From contig JAVJNR010000004.1 in NCBI GenBank assembly GCA_040217195.1, forward strand, positions 960,001 through 1,024,000: a DNA stretch of 64,000 nt. The letters run 5' to 3'. Source of the DNA: Leptospiraceae bacterium (GTDB lineage Bacteria > Spirochaetota > Leptospiria > Leptospirales > Leptonemataceae). The notes beneath the pieces were generated by a model. That model was given only the letters and a program-made list of their open reading frames with translations. It was not told the origin of the DNA and ran no database searches. Positions within the stretch are counted from its first letter, which is position 1, and the number at the start of each line of letters is the position of its first letter. The position numbers were made by a program, and so were the translations under genes. Shown in pieces: positions 28,881 to 39,409 of this stretch.

Positions 28881-31676
28881 TCAGGCAGATCTAACTTTAT
28901 GGATCTGTTCTTTGAGCTTTACGGCCTTTTCGTTCTCCGGTTCCGATTCCAGCACCTGTTCCAGAAAGCTCATGGCTCTGGAATGGTTTCCAAGAGCTGC
29001 ATAGATTCGTGCAAGATTCAATAGATATCTAGTATTATGGGGCTCCCTCAATCGAATCCGTTCACCATAATCTGCAGCCTTTTCTAGCTGACCCACTCTG
29101 GAAGCCGCATAGCTTACAGCATATAGCATCTCGGTGTCCGCTGGCTTTAGAAAAGAGTAATCCTCGGCAACACTCAATGCCCTGGAGTATTCCTTTCTGC
29201 GAAGGTAGGACTGGGCAAGCAACCGAATCAAAGAGGTCTCTCTGGTTTCTTCAATTTCAGCATCTTCCAGAAGATTGGAGACCTTAACAAAATCCCCGGC
29301 TCGATAGGACTGCATTGCCTGATCATGCAGAGCGGAGAACTTACTGGAAACATCCGGCCCGGGATTCACCAGGTCTTCCCGATAGCCAATGCGCAGAAGA
29401 GACAGATCATCGGTTAAATCTCCTTCAGACAGAAGAGATTCCACTATCGCTTCCAGATTGCCATTGGCCTGCTCAACATGCCTTAAGAATACATTTTCAT
29501 CGTGTTGCAGAGATTCGCTTCCATCTGTATTTTTAAGAAGTAGGTCATCCCGACCATCCGAACCTGCAATCAGTACATCACCGGGCTCCAGCTGGATAGT
29601 CTTAACGAAAATTGTACTGTCCACTCCCAGGGTTCCCAGCTTTCGAAAATCCAGATCAGATTCTATGAAGTCTGCTTTCTTATCCCGAAAGAGCACAGAC
29701 CAGGGGTGCTCTGCATTGATCATGTATACCAGGCCGCTATCATCGTCCACGAGGCCGAATACCAGAGAAATGAGCATGCTTCCATCAAATGTTTCGAACA
29801 CTTTATGCAGCTCAATGAAAGCATTCTTCAGCCATCGCTCCGGATGATGGCCGGACGCTTCGCCAGAAAGCATTGTACGGTCAACAATGGCTTCCAGAAC
29901 AGCTCCCAGAACCAGAGCTCCGCCAGCTCCCTGCATGGATTTACCCATTGCATCTGCATTCATGAACAGGGTATGCGGGCGGCCTTTAAGTTTTATGGAC
30001 TCTGCCATACATAGATCGCCTCCGATTTCATCGGCCCATTTTCGGAACTGAAAGTTTTTCTTTTGACGGATTACGAAATCCACGTTTACCGTTTCGCTTC
30101 TGGAACGATTCGCCTGGAGCGGCCTAAGCAGCAGGGAGGTAAGAAAGTAGTCACCATCCTGCTGGTCCTTCAGCTCCTGAACACGACTAAGAGTCTTTTG
30201 AAGCTCGGCTGTTCTTTCCTGGACTTTTTCTTCCAATCGATCGGCGTAATCTTTGAGCTTGGCCTGAGCATCTCGAATCGAAATAACCATACCATTAAAA
30301 TAGTGACCAAGCTGCCCGATTTCGTCTTCAACTCTGACACGCACATTGGCGCTTAAATCCCCTTCATCTACTTTTTTTACAGCACCCAGAAGTTCAAGAA
30401 GGGGTCGAATTAATGCGCCGGAAAAGAAAATCGGAAAACCAGCCAGGATTACAATAATGACGCTTAACAACAGAAGAGCCAGGGTTGAAGCTCCATCGTG
30501 AACGTACCTTCGATAGGCCAGATACGAAAAACCAACTTCAAAACTCTCCAGTGTATTCGTTTCGGTTTGTTCCTGAAGAACGTAACTCACATATCGCACC
30601 TGCCCGGTATCGCCGCCGTCAGCCGGCAGGGCCATCTGAAACGAACCAGACTGTAGATCTGATTGACTCTGCTGTGGTGTAGTAGAATGCCCATCCGCCG
30701 GCGCTTCATAGTCCTTTAAAAAAGAAAGGGAAGGTAAACTGGCCTGCCTGATTCTATCCCCCCCTGAGAAATAGTTGATTTCACCGTTTGAAGATCGAAG
30801 AAACATAGGTGCCACCAGTGGTTCTTTCAACCGACCATGGTAAGCTGCTCTTGCCTCTTTTTCACGAAGCTGATCGAATGCTCTGGTTCTTTCACCCAGT
30901 ACAGAAAAGCTAATTGCCTGCATTACCAGAAGCATGGTGACCATGCTAATACCAATTATTTTCGCCAGAAACGTGGTGCGATCCCTGGTATTGTTCATGT
31001 AGATGACAGTGGCGGCAAACAGGCCTATTACAACAGTAAGCGAAAATGTGGTCTGAAAAACATCTCTGCCTATGGCTCCCTCCCGGCTCATGGAGTTGGT
31101 CACCCCCTGGGCAAGCCCACAGAAGAACAGAACTACTACAAGGCCAAGAAGAGCCCATCGTTCACGTCCGCTGGTAACGATTAACTTTGCAATTCCTACG
31201 ACCAGCTGTATGGCGGAGTTCAACAAGATCACAACGGCCACAACTGCAGTTCCATCTTTAATTACGAAGTCCCAGTAATGACCATCAAAATGATAGGTTA
31301 CAGGAGCACCGATGGAAGAATAGAAAAAGAAGCCAGCTGCGAACGTTATTAGCAGTAATTGAATAGCAAGCAACACAGACGTAAAACGAGGCCAGCGATT
31401 TGTGGGATACCGCAGATATAGATGCGAAGGAAATACAGACATGGCCAGACCGAATGGAACCGTTATCCATCTATGATAGGCAGCCAGAGGTACCAGAAAG
31501 GAAGAGGAAACGAAATAGGCCACGTTCAACATGCCTGCGCAAATCAAAAGGCCTGCCATGTATCGCATGGTGGTGGAGCCACCCCGAACAAATAGAAAGT
31601 ACAGACCCATGGTTAGGCCCATGGTAAGGCCGATAATCGAGCTTACGGAATAATAGGTCAGAAAGAATGAATCCAT
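28881..31676 (-). CDS. Multi-TM HAMP + SpoIIE (PP2C) phosphatase with C-terminal TPRs
   Basis: N-terminal TM helices, DEIGQL HAMP, EIGGD, ADAMGK, GSDG, DDLS, TPR-like helices. Confidence 0.92.
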   Translation of the reverse strand: MDSFFLTYYSVSSIIGLTMGLTMGLYFLFVRGGSTTMRYMAGLLICAGMLNVAYFVSSSFLVPLAAYHRWITVPFGLAMSVFPSHLYLRYPTNRWPRFTSVLLAIQLLLITFAAGFFFYSSIGAPVTYHFDGHYWDFVIKDGTAVVAVVILLNSAIQLVVGIAKLIVTSGRERWALLGLVVVLFFCGLAQGVTNSMSREGAIGRDVFQTTFSLTVVIGLFAATVIYMNNTRDRTTFLAKIIGISMVTMLLVMQAISFSVLGERTRAFDQLREKEARAAYHGRLKEPLVAPMFLRSSNGEINYFSGGDRIRQASLPSLSFLKDYEAPADGHSTTPQQSQSDLQSGSFQMALPADGGDTGQVRYVSYVLQEQTETNTLESFEVGFSYLAYRRYVHDGASTLALLLLSVIIVILAGFPIFFSGALIRPLLELLGAVKKVDEGDLSANVRVRVEDEIGQLGHYFNGMVISIRDAQAKLKDYADRLEEKVQERTAELQKTLSRVQELKDQQDGDYFLTSLLLRPLQANRSRSETVNVDFVIRQKKNFQFRKWADEIGGDLCMAESIKLKGRPHTLFMNADAMGKSMQGAGGALVLGAVLEAIVDRTMLSGEASGHHPERWLKNAFIELHKVFETFDGSMLISLVFGLVDDDSGLVYMINAEHPWSVLFRDKKADFIESDLDFRKLGTLGVDSTIFVKTIQLEPGDVLIAGSDGRDDLLLKNTDGSESLQHDENVFLRHVEQANGNLEAIVESLLSEGDLTDDLSLLRIGYREDLVNPGPDVSSKFSALHDQAMQSYRAGDFVKVSNLLEDAEIEETRETSLIRLLAQSYLRRKEYSRALSVAEDYSFLKPADTEMLYAVSYAASRVGQLEKAADYGERIRLREPHNTRYLLNLARIYAALGNHSRAMSFLEQVLESEPENEKAVKLKEQIHKVRSA

Positions 31677-32191
31677 TGGCCTGAATTATTGAGCCTCCGG
31701 ATAACGGGTCAAGTGGCCTTTTCTATTTGCTCAGATTTGCTTGTTAAAAGATGCGCTGCCAGGACGTCGCCGGCAGTACCAAAGTCCATGCTCCCATCGG
31801 CGTACTAGCTGGAGTGGATCAAAGTTTGTGTAACAGCTGTAATAGAGTCGTAGATCAGGAAACTCGGAAGACCTGTTGGAGTGTTCGCCGGGGAGTTGCT
31901 CCATTCGGTGGTGGATCCTCTCGGTCGTGGATGCTTTCGGTGGATGAACCGCCAAAGACATCAATCGCTTTGAGCCCTATCGCCGAATTAATAATCAAAA
32001 TGTATTTCTGGCAGCTTGCACAGTCGTTCTTGAACACTGTTAATTTTGATTATCCTGGTCACCAGAGCAGAAGTATAAAGTCTCAGGGCTGTTATCCATA
32101 CCATCCATGGATTTGATGGAATGCATCCATAGGCCGCCAGGTGACTGTCCGAAAGGCCCGGGATTATGCCGATTAAGAAATGTTGCACTGA

Positions 32192-33271
32192 TTACTTCTT
32201 CAGGCTCTTTAGGTATTCGCGGGGAGATAAACCGGTTTCGGTCTTAAATGCCAGGTTAAAATTTGCCTTACTGTTGAATCCACATTGGTAGGCGATGGAT
32301 AGTATGCTGGCATCGGATTCCAACTCGAGCAGTCTTCGCGCTTCCTCCACACGGTGCGAGTTTACATACCGGGCGAAATTGGAACCCATCACTCGATTCA
32401 AATATTCAGATAGCTGGTAATGCTTGATTCCGGCCTGGTCGGCCAGTTCTGCAACGGACAGATCTTCATCCAGATATACTTTCTCCTCCATGAGCTTATC
32501 CAGCCGGTCCTTGAGCTGCTGCAGATCCACTCCTTCCAGCCGGGTGGCTCTGGCCTGCTGAATTGCTTTTTCGTACCTTTCTCCAAGGTGAGGATGCCGG
32601 GCCGAAAAGACCCAGATAAACATGGTGTACACAGCCAGGGCGCTAGCCGCCCCATATATTCCGTCCAGATATCGAAATAGATAGGCCAGAAGAAAAAATA
32701 CAGTACCTACAAAACCGCCTATTACGATCCCCAGAAGGACACGTAGAGCTCCCTGCTCTTTTAGCTTCTGAAAATCCAGGTTATGACCTATAAAATGCCA
32801 GATTATCCCGTACATTAGAAGCCCATACATTAAACCTGCGATCATCGAAGAGTCCAGCCAGTGCAGCGCTCCGGTCTGAAAATACAGTACTGGATAGTGT
32901 TCCAATTCCCCTGGAAAGCAAGCTGCCAGTGCAGCATAGACAATCCAGAGAAGAATACCTGGCAGGAATGGTATAGATTGCCACCAGGAAAACTCTCGTT
33001 CCGGTTCAATGTAGCAAACGGCAAGCCAGTACATTGTAGGTGCCAGAAACCAGCTCATGGGAACATAAAGATGATTAAGCCAGCCAGTGGAGGAATAGAG
33101 GCCTTCATGATTCAAATATACGAATAGAAATATTACCGCGCCGGCGAACCTTAGAATAGCAATCCACAGGACCACCGGTGTGAATGCTCGCTCAACGAGA
33201 CCACGAATTGTTGCAAGTAGTGTAAAAATCGCCGCAAATGAAATTGTGAGTCCGATTAGATGCGAAATCAT
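32192..33271 (-). CDS. Membrane-anchored AraC family regulator
   Basis: About 7 TM segments then YLDEDLS...SILSIAYQCGFNSKANFNLAFK HTH. Confidence 0.92.
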   Translation of the reverse strand: MISHLIGLTISFAAIFTLLATIRGLVERAFTPVVLWIAILRFAGAVIFLFVYLNHEGLYSSTGWLNHLYVPMSWFLAPTMYWLAVCYIEPEREFSWWQSIPFLPGILLWIVYAALAACFPGELEHYPVLYFQTGALHWLDSSMIAGLMYGLLMYGIIWHFIGHNLDFQKLKEQGALRVLLGIVIGGFVGTVFFLLAYLFRYLDGIYGAASALAVYTMFIWVFSARHPHLGERYEKAIQQARATRLEGVDLQQLKDRLDKLMEEKVYLDEDLSVAELADQAGIKHYQLSEYLNRVMGSNFARYVNSHRVEEARRLLELESDASILSIAYQCGFNSKANFNLAFKTETGLSPREYLKSLKK

Positions 33272-33288
33272 AACCGCTTTCCAGAGAT

Positions 33289-35328
33289 TTATCCTGCCAG
33301 CTCCGCAACACCGGCTCGTTTCATTCTTTCCAGATAGAAATGCGCAGCCGAATCCATGGGATTCTCTTTTAAGATTTCTTCAAAGGCCCGGGCGGCCTCT
33401 GCGTATTGCCCGGCGAGAGCCTGAGACACCGCGTCCTCGAAAGCATTTTTAGTATTCAGATAGAGGTATCGCACATCATCGGAATACCCGTCCAGTACAT
33501 GATATATCTTTAACGCTGTGCTTCTTCCCTTTACTTTTACTCGTCCCAGCAATCGAAGTGTATAATCTTCCGGATGTTTCAAAGAAGCCACAGCTGCATC
33601 CGTGATGATTGTCATTACTCCATACTTTCGCGTCAGCCTTTCCACTCTGGACGCTGTATTAACTGTATCCGAAATGACGGTACCTTCCATTCGGTTTTCA
33701 TGACCTATTATTCCAAGCATGATATCCCCTGAATGGATTCCAACGCCTATGGAGATTGGTTGGTATCCTTTTAAGCCACGGTGCCGATTATAGACCCGGA
33801 TTTCTCTTTGCATCTCAATTGCTGCTCTCAAGCCATCGTCCACTTTGTCTGGGAATAGTGCCATAACTGCATCGCCAATATACTTATCTACAAAGCCCCC
33901 TTGATTATTTACAAGCGGAGTCATCCTTCGCAGGTAAGAATTCAAGAAATTGAAATTTTCTTCGGGACTCATTCTTTCGGATAGAGTCGTAAAAGAACGA
34001 ATATCCGTAAACATGACCGTCATTGATTCCTGCACTTGATCACCCAGATTCACCTGGGTAATATCCGATCTACCCAGCATTCGCAAGAGCTCACTGGGTA
34101 CGAATCTGGCCAACGAAGTATTCGTATTCTTTAAACTCTCAGAGAGCTTTCTTACTCCTTCATAGGCCAGCGCAAACATGCGCGCCAGAAGATACGATTG
34201 GGCCAGGATAAAAATAAGCAAGCCGTAATGAAACAGAGGCCCCACAGGACTTACTCCGCGATAGAAAAGCACATCATTAACAGCCATTAAGCAGGCAACC
34301 ACACCACCCAGCAAGGAAGGGATGGCTCCGGTTTTGCCAAGAACCACAGCAACTATCCAGATGTAGATCGTACACATCACAGAAAAGAGGATAAGAATAT
34401 GGAAGACCCAGAGTAAATCTGCATAGATAAACATAGAGGTCAGACCAATAAATATAGTCGCAATGGCCCCCAGGCTCAAATTGATTCTGCTGAGCCACTT
34501 GCCTCCCTTAACCGGGAAGGTGGCGGCCAGAAAAGCTACAAACAACGGACCGGCCAGAATAAACGATATGTATTCGATTGCTATCTGAATAGAATAATTC
34601 AGGTCCCAGAGGTTGCGAATCATCACCTCATCGGTAAACAGCATGCGAATTGACCAGGATAAACAGACCAGACCAAATAGAAGCGATGCTCGATCGCTGC
34701 GCCGATTTAGAAACAGGCCAATGTGATAGAATGCCATTCCCAGGATAACTCCCATGGAAATCACATTTCGCAATATGGAACGTTCTCGATGATTCTGGAT
34801 TATCTGTGACTTCCCGATCAATGGAGCTTTTCGCAGTCCCCCTCTTGGATGAGAATAGTTCGAGAAGGCAACAGCGATGGTAACTTCTTCTCCGGATCTA
34901 AACGGAAACACTGTTGGTATCGAATCTGGATTTTCCCTGGCTTCTTCCTCAGCAGGCAGTCCCCGGCCACCAGAGTAATCACCATTAAGATACAGGGAAA
35001 ACGCAGAGCCAACGTCAAACATGTAAAGACTTAGCGATTGATTCTGCCAGCTTTGAGGAAACTGTAGATGTATAACGTAAGTTCCATACCTGGGAGGATT
35101 GGCTTCTGTCAGTAGCAGTGGAGCGTCTTCTCGGGCTTCTCCGGTACAATCATCCCCTTTGCAAAACTGATTCTCATACAGTTTCCAGGATCCAGAAAGC
35201 TGAATCCGGGTTGCTTCGGGCTGCAGCCCACCCTGCTTTTCCAGATCCGCAGGTCGTGAACATGCAATCAGAGAAACAAGGAAAGTTAGCAACAGCAGGA
35301 ATGAATACCGGAACCTGGGACTACTCAT
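33289..35328 (-). CDS. 7TM-DISM-type sensor class III adenylate cyclase
   Basis: Lipobox-like LIAC, periplasmic jelly-roll, 7 TM, FTDIRSFT, DKYIGDAVM, TVISDTVNTASRVE. Confidence 0.92.
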   Translation of the reverse strand: MSSPRFRYSFLLLLTFLVSLIACSRPADLEKQGGLQPEATRIQLSGSWKLYENQFCKGDDCTGEAREDAPLLLTEANPPRYGTYVIHLQFPQSWQNQSLSLYMFDVGSAFSLYLNGDYSGGRGLPAEEEARENPDSIPTVFPFRSGEEVTIAVAFSNYSHPRGGLRKAPLIGKSQIIQNHRERSILRNVISMGVILGMAFYHIGLFLNRRSDRASLLFGLVCLSWSIRMLFTDEVMIRNLWDLNYSIQIAIEYISFILAGPLFVAFLAATFPVKGGKWLSRINLSLGAIATIFIGLTSMFIYADLLWVFHILILFSVMCTIYIWIVAVVLGKTGAIPSLLGGVVACLMAVNDVLFYRGVSPVGPLFHYGLLIFILAQSYLLARMFALAYEGVRKLSESLKNTNTSLARFVPSELLRMLGRSDITQVNLGDQVQESMTVMFTDIRSFTTLSERMSPEENFNFLNSYLRRMTPLVNNQGGFVDKYIGDAVMALFPDKVDDGLRAAIEMQREIRVYNRHRGLKGYQPISIGVGIHSGDIMLGIIGHENRMEGTVISDTVNTASRVERLTRKYGVMTIITDAAVASLKHPEDYTLRLLGRVKVKGRSTALKIYHVLDGYSDDVRYLYLNTKNAFEDAVSQALAGQYAEAARAFEEILKENPMDSAAHFYLERMKRAGVAELAG

Positions 35329-35620
35329 GAGTTTCGTAGAGGAAGATACGCTTGCAGGTTCGCAACCAGAAATTGGCTTAGATGGGAAAACAATAATGCA
35401 GTTAGCCCTGATCGGCCGGTGGCCCACTCCTGAAACGAATAGCTAATTGTTGGAATTAGCGATCCTGGTTTCAGACAATCCAATGCAAGGGGGCACTCTC
35501 TACCTGGGTACAGAAGCTTCATCCAGCTCTGATAGTCATAGATGGGAATGATTTATGGAATTCAAGACGGGCGATGAAACCGCTCAATGGAAACATTCAA
35601 TATTCGCATTATAGAGTAGA

Positions 35621-35926
35621 TCATAAAGACCAGGACTCATGCCAGACCTGCATCACATCCTGAATCCCTCGACGGACCATCTCTTCATCAAACTCATCCT
35701 TTTTTCGTAGTATTTTCTCAACTTTGCTGAGCACTCCTCTGAGAAAAACCGTTTGCTCCGCTTTGCTGGAGCGAAGTACGGAATCCAGTTTGGTACTCCG
35801 ATCATCCAGTTCTGCAACAAGCGCTTTGGTTATTACCTCCAGGGCATCATCCCGGTCCATTGCAAGCTTGGCCTGCATGGCACGAGCCCCGGTATCGATC
35901 ATCTTGATTTGACGGTCCATGCTCAC
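35621..35926 (-). CDS. Hypothetical helical protein
   Basis: Protein-like composition; AAGGA RBS-like sequence upstream. Confidence 0.65.
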   Translation of the reverse strand: MSMDRQIKMIDTGARAMQAKLAMDRDDALEVITKALVAELDDRSTKLDSVLRSSKAEQTVFLRGVLSKVEKILRKKDEFDEEMVRRGIQDVMQVWHESWSL

Positions 35927-35999
35927 GGTCCTTTATGGTGCTCAACCGGTCTGGAAGTCAGCAATTTTTCCATTCAACAATTCCGATCCTTTCCTCAAA

Positions 36000-36356
36000 A
36001 TGAGCCAGATGAAGCAAGACATACTCAAGGTAGTCTCTTCCATACCGGAGGGGAAGGTTTGCACTTACGGAGATATTGCTCGATTTCTTACAATCTCGCC
36101 TCGAAATGTGGCCTTTGCTCTGGCTGGAATGAGCAAAGAAGAGTCCAGGCGAATTCCGTGGCAAAGGGTAGTTTCTGCCGGAGGCTGGTTGAATCGGGAT
36201 CGAAAGGCAGGGGATAAGGAACAGGAAAAACGTCTTATCTCTGAAGGAGTTCGTGTAGTGGATCAAAAGGTGGATTTAGCGATCTATGCCGTAGACGTTC
36301 GAAAGTTAAAATCAGGCATTCGAGGTGGTCGCTTCTACGGCGGTGCATCAAAATGA
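36000..36356 (+). CDS. Alkyltransferase-like (ATL/MGMT family) DNA-binding protein
   Basis: IPEGKVCTYGDIA and PWQRVV, with Trp replacing the catalytic Cys of PCHR. Confidence 0.88.
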   Translation: MSQMKQDILKVVSSIPEGKVCTYGDIARFLTISPRNVAFALAGMSKEESRRIPWQRVVSAGGWLNRDRKAGDKEQEKRLISEGVRVVDQKVDLAIYAVDVRKLKSGIRGGRFYGGASK

Positions 36357-36564
36357 TGCAATATAAGAATGGTCAGAATTCGCCACTACTCCGAAAGCAA
36401 AGTAAAACTAAGAATCGAAAAAGATTTTAGATCAAATAATAAATGCATGCGGCAAAAACCCGGGGACTCATTATTCAAGCACCGAGAATTGTATTTTGGC
36501 ACCTAGAACTCTTTTTAGGAACGGAAAAGAGGGTAGTTACGTCTAATTCTCGCAGGAGATAACA

Positions 36565-37182
36565 TTGGTGATGGAAATAATCTATTTAGTATTTCTGGTT
36601 TTTTCCGGAAACAATCTGGATCAGGTGCACCTGGAAGCCTGGCATAATTATTCCCGAGGGCCAAAGTTTTTGATCAATCGCCCCTGCGAAGACACGATAA
36701 AAGACCCTGCCTTCCAGGCTCATCTAAAAAAGACGCTAAAACCAGGCCAGAAAGGTAAGCTATTGTGCAGGACCTACTCGGAAGTGGATTCAATCACATC
36801 ATTAAGCAATGCGCCTGGGGTGGACTTGCTTCCTGCCAGCAGGCAAAAGCCTGAGGCCTCTGATTCCGATGCTAGTATTCTGGAAGGAAAGCTTGTACAC
36901 AGACCCTACGAAGAAGGACGAAAAAGTGTAGAAGCCTATCTGGGGCAGGAATTCTTTCTGCAGCAAGAAGACGGTGAAGAAGTAGCCATTTATCCAGGAA
37001 AAGAGTTTTCCCGAAATGCTCTAATAAAGCTAAAAAATCAGAAAATTCGCATACGAACCAGATTCGTAGACAGAACCCCGAAAGTGGATCCGGCACAACC
37101 CATGTCCTATCCAATGGAGTCGGATGGTTCACCAATGAGGCGAACAGGCTATGAATTAATTGAGCTTAATCCTCAGGAGTAG
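36565..37182 (+). CDS. Hypothetical protein with C-terminal OB-like domain
   Basis: 205-aa ORF with an AGGAG RBS. Confidence 0.7.
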   Translation: MVMEIIYLVFLVFSGNNLDQVHLEAWHNYSRGPKFLINRPCEDTIKDPAFQAHLKKTLKPGQKGKLLCRTYSEVDSITSLSNAPGVDLLPASRQKPEASDSDASILEGKLVHRPYEEGRKSVEAYLGQEFFLQQEDGEEVAIYPGKEFSRNALIKLKNQKIRIRTRFVDRTPKVDPAQPMSYPMESDGSPMRRTGYELIELNPQE

Positions 37183-37196
37183 AGATTTCGCAGAGC

Positions 37197-38126
37197 TCAG
37201 GCAGTGAGTACGATTTTTCCCCTGGTACGACCTTTCTCGGACTCTCGGTGGGCGGCCGCAGCGTTCTGTATTTCGAACGTAGTATCTACATGAGTCTTAA
37301 CTTCACCGGATTCCAGCCAGCGCATCAGAAGTCGCATGTCCTCCGGTTTTGAATCCACCATGGCGCCGCGATAGTGAATTCCCCTGAGTGCTGCCTCTGC
37401 GAAATGCACTGGGTTGGGAAGTGTACTCAAAAAAGCACCCCGACGATTTATGTGAGTTGATAATCCTGCGGGTGTGCTTCGAGCCACTGCATCCAGAACT
37501 ATGTCATAACTCTTGAGTTGATTGGGATAATCGGAATCATCGTATGCAAAACACTCATGGGCACCTATTTCACTCATAAACTCAAGGTTTCTGGAACTGG
37601 CTACTGCTGTTACTCGAGCTCCCAGGGCCTTCGCAATCTGAATACCAAAATGACCCACTCCACCAGAACCGCCCAGGACTAGCACCTGTGAGCCATCCAG
37701 CGGTAAGCCTTTCATCAACTGATACGCTGTGAGAGAAGCCAGCGGAGCACCGGCCCCTTCTTCAAAACTGATATTGCCGGGCTTGATCTGACAATTAGCT
37801 TCTTTCATAATAACTTTCTGGGCATAACATCCCCCTTCCAGGGCACTGTGAAAGCCAATCACTTCATCGCCTACCTTCAGGTCCTTCACCTGTTCTCCAA
37901 TCTCCGTTACCAGACCGGCCACTTCCGCTCCCGGAACAAAAGGTAGTTTAAGGCGAAAAAGAAAAGAAAACGGAATGGAACCGCTTCGGAGCTTCCAGTC
38001 CACGGGATTCACGCCTGCAGCCTTCACTTCGATGCACACTTGCTCCGGTCCGGGGGATGGCGCGGAAACCTCTGTCCATTGGAGCATGTCTGCATCGCCG
38101 AATTTTGAATACTGAATTGCTTTCAT
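37197..38126 (-). CDS. NADP-dependent quinone oxidoreductase (MDR family)
   Basis: AAGVNPVDWK, GGSGGVG, GRTRGKIVL. Confidence 0.92.
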   Translation of the reverse strand: MKAIQYSKFGDADMLQWTEVSAPSPGPEQVCIEVKAAGVNPVDWKLRSGSIPFSFLFRLKLPFVPGAEVAGLVTEIGEQVKDLKVGDEVIGFHSALEGGCYAQKVIMKEANCQIKPGNISFEEGAGAPLASLTAYQLMKGLPLDGSQVLVLGGSGGVGHFGIQIAKALGARVTAVASSRNLEFMSEIGAHECFAYDDSDYPNQLKSYDIVLDAVARSTPAGLSTHINRRGAFLSTLPNPVHFAEAALRGIHYRGAMVDSKPEDMRLLMRWLESGEVKTHVDTTFEIQNAAAAHRESEKGRTRGKIVLTA

Positions 38127-38190
38127 TAGTTTTAACCTAAGGTTTTATAGTTATTGTGACAAGTGTCCGAGGCTATATAGTTTTCCGGCC

Positions 38191-39282
38191 TCAGTCATGA
38201 TCTGGCCCACCTACGCCAATGGGCGGTAGATCAGCAAGCTCTATGTTCGATTTCTCATATGAATCCAGAATGGCCAGGTTCACTTCGCCCACTACACGAT
38301 GAAAATCTTTATAATGGGTAACCCAGAAACGGTACTTAATTCGAAGTCCGTAAGGCAAAATCTCTTTCAGATATACTTTCCATTTATCGATTTCCGGATG
38401 CTCCTCGCAAATGCTTTCGATTAGCTCCTGGGCTTTTTTAACTTCGTCTGCAGTGCATTTATGGGAAAGGTGCAAGCTTGTGGAATGTCTTCGCCTTTCT
38501 CCAAAAGCACTGATATTTACTAATGGCTGATTTGTTACAATGGCATTGGGAAGAAATAACATAGTATCGAATCTGGTTCGAATTCGCGTACTTCTCAGAC
38601 CAATTGTATCCACAACCCCTTCATATTCCTTATCGCCATCGATGACAATATAGTCTCCCATCCGAAAGGGACGATCAGTGAAGATTGTGACACCTCCAAA
38701 CGCATGGGCCAGGGTTTCGCGGGCGGCCATGGCCAGTGCGAATCCACCTACACCCAGACCGGCCAGCAGGGAATAGATATTGTATCCTGCGTTCGAGAGT
38801 GCAATGATAGCTCCCAGTACAATGATCGTATATTTCCCGCCTCGAATAATGATAGGGAAAACCTGGTCATCCAATTTGGTCTCGGATCGCTCAGCAATAG
38901 GTGTTAGCCAGTGATCCAGGAGCTTTTCGTACAGATTGGCCAGGGCGATTGTAACAATTAGAGTCATTACAACTGTAAATACACTGTTGGTCGCTTCCTG
39001 GACTCCATCTGATAGTGTGAGCACGTCCAGACCCAGGTATGTAATTAAGACAAAAATGGCTGCGATCGCTGGTCGGGCCACAACGTTAATCAATATGTCG
39101 TCAACTTCAGACTCTGTTTTATTCGCCAGTCGGCGTACCAGAGAGTTCAGTATCCAGCGAATGAGAGCGGACACAACCACTGCAGCAACAACGATACCAA
39201 GAAAGTACAGTATTTGCCAGATGTCATTCCCCAGAAATTCAATATCCAGATACTCTCTAATGCTTTTTAACAATTCATTCAT
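38191..39282 (-). CDS. Small-conductance mechanosensitive channel family protein
   Basis: LLAGLGVGGFALAMAARETL, DRPFRMGD, IGLRSTRIRT. Confidence 0.92.
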   Translation of the reverse strand: MNELLKSIREYLDIEFLGNDIWQILYFLGIVVAAVVVSALIRWILNSLVRRLANKTESEVDDILINVVARPAIAAIFVLITYLGLDVLTLSDGVQEATNSVFTVVMTLIVTIALANLYEKLLDHWLTPIAERSETKLDDQVFPIIIRGGKYTIIVLGAIIALSNAGYNIYSLLAGLGVGGFALAMAARETLAHAFGGVTIFTDRPFRMGDYIVIDGDKEYEGVVDTIGLRSTRIRTRFDTMLFLPNAIVTNQPLVNISAFGERRRHSTSLHLSHKCTADEVKKAQELIESICEEHPEIDKWKVYLKEILPYGLRIKYRFWVTHYKDFHRVVGEVNLAILDSYEKSNIELADLPPIGVGGPDHD

Positions 39283-39409
39283 TTTCTGCACTCCGGAGCT
39301 AGCCTCGGATCTGACCTGAGTTTTGGACAACTATGAAATGCAGACTTTTTACCCCTCAAATTAGGAGAGGCAAGAGGTTTTTGGCTCTGAATACACTTTG
39401 TGCAGGAGA

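Noticed and set aside
31905..31946. CRISPR array
   Set aside because: Repeats are 10-13 nt at period 16 with no spacers, and no cas genes are present.
31731..32188. Short ORFs of 60-121 aa in the gap
   Set aside because: No recognisable motifs, atypical composition and mutually overlapping frames; a 57-aa minus-strand peptide from ~31904 cannot be fully excluded.
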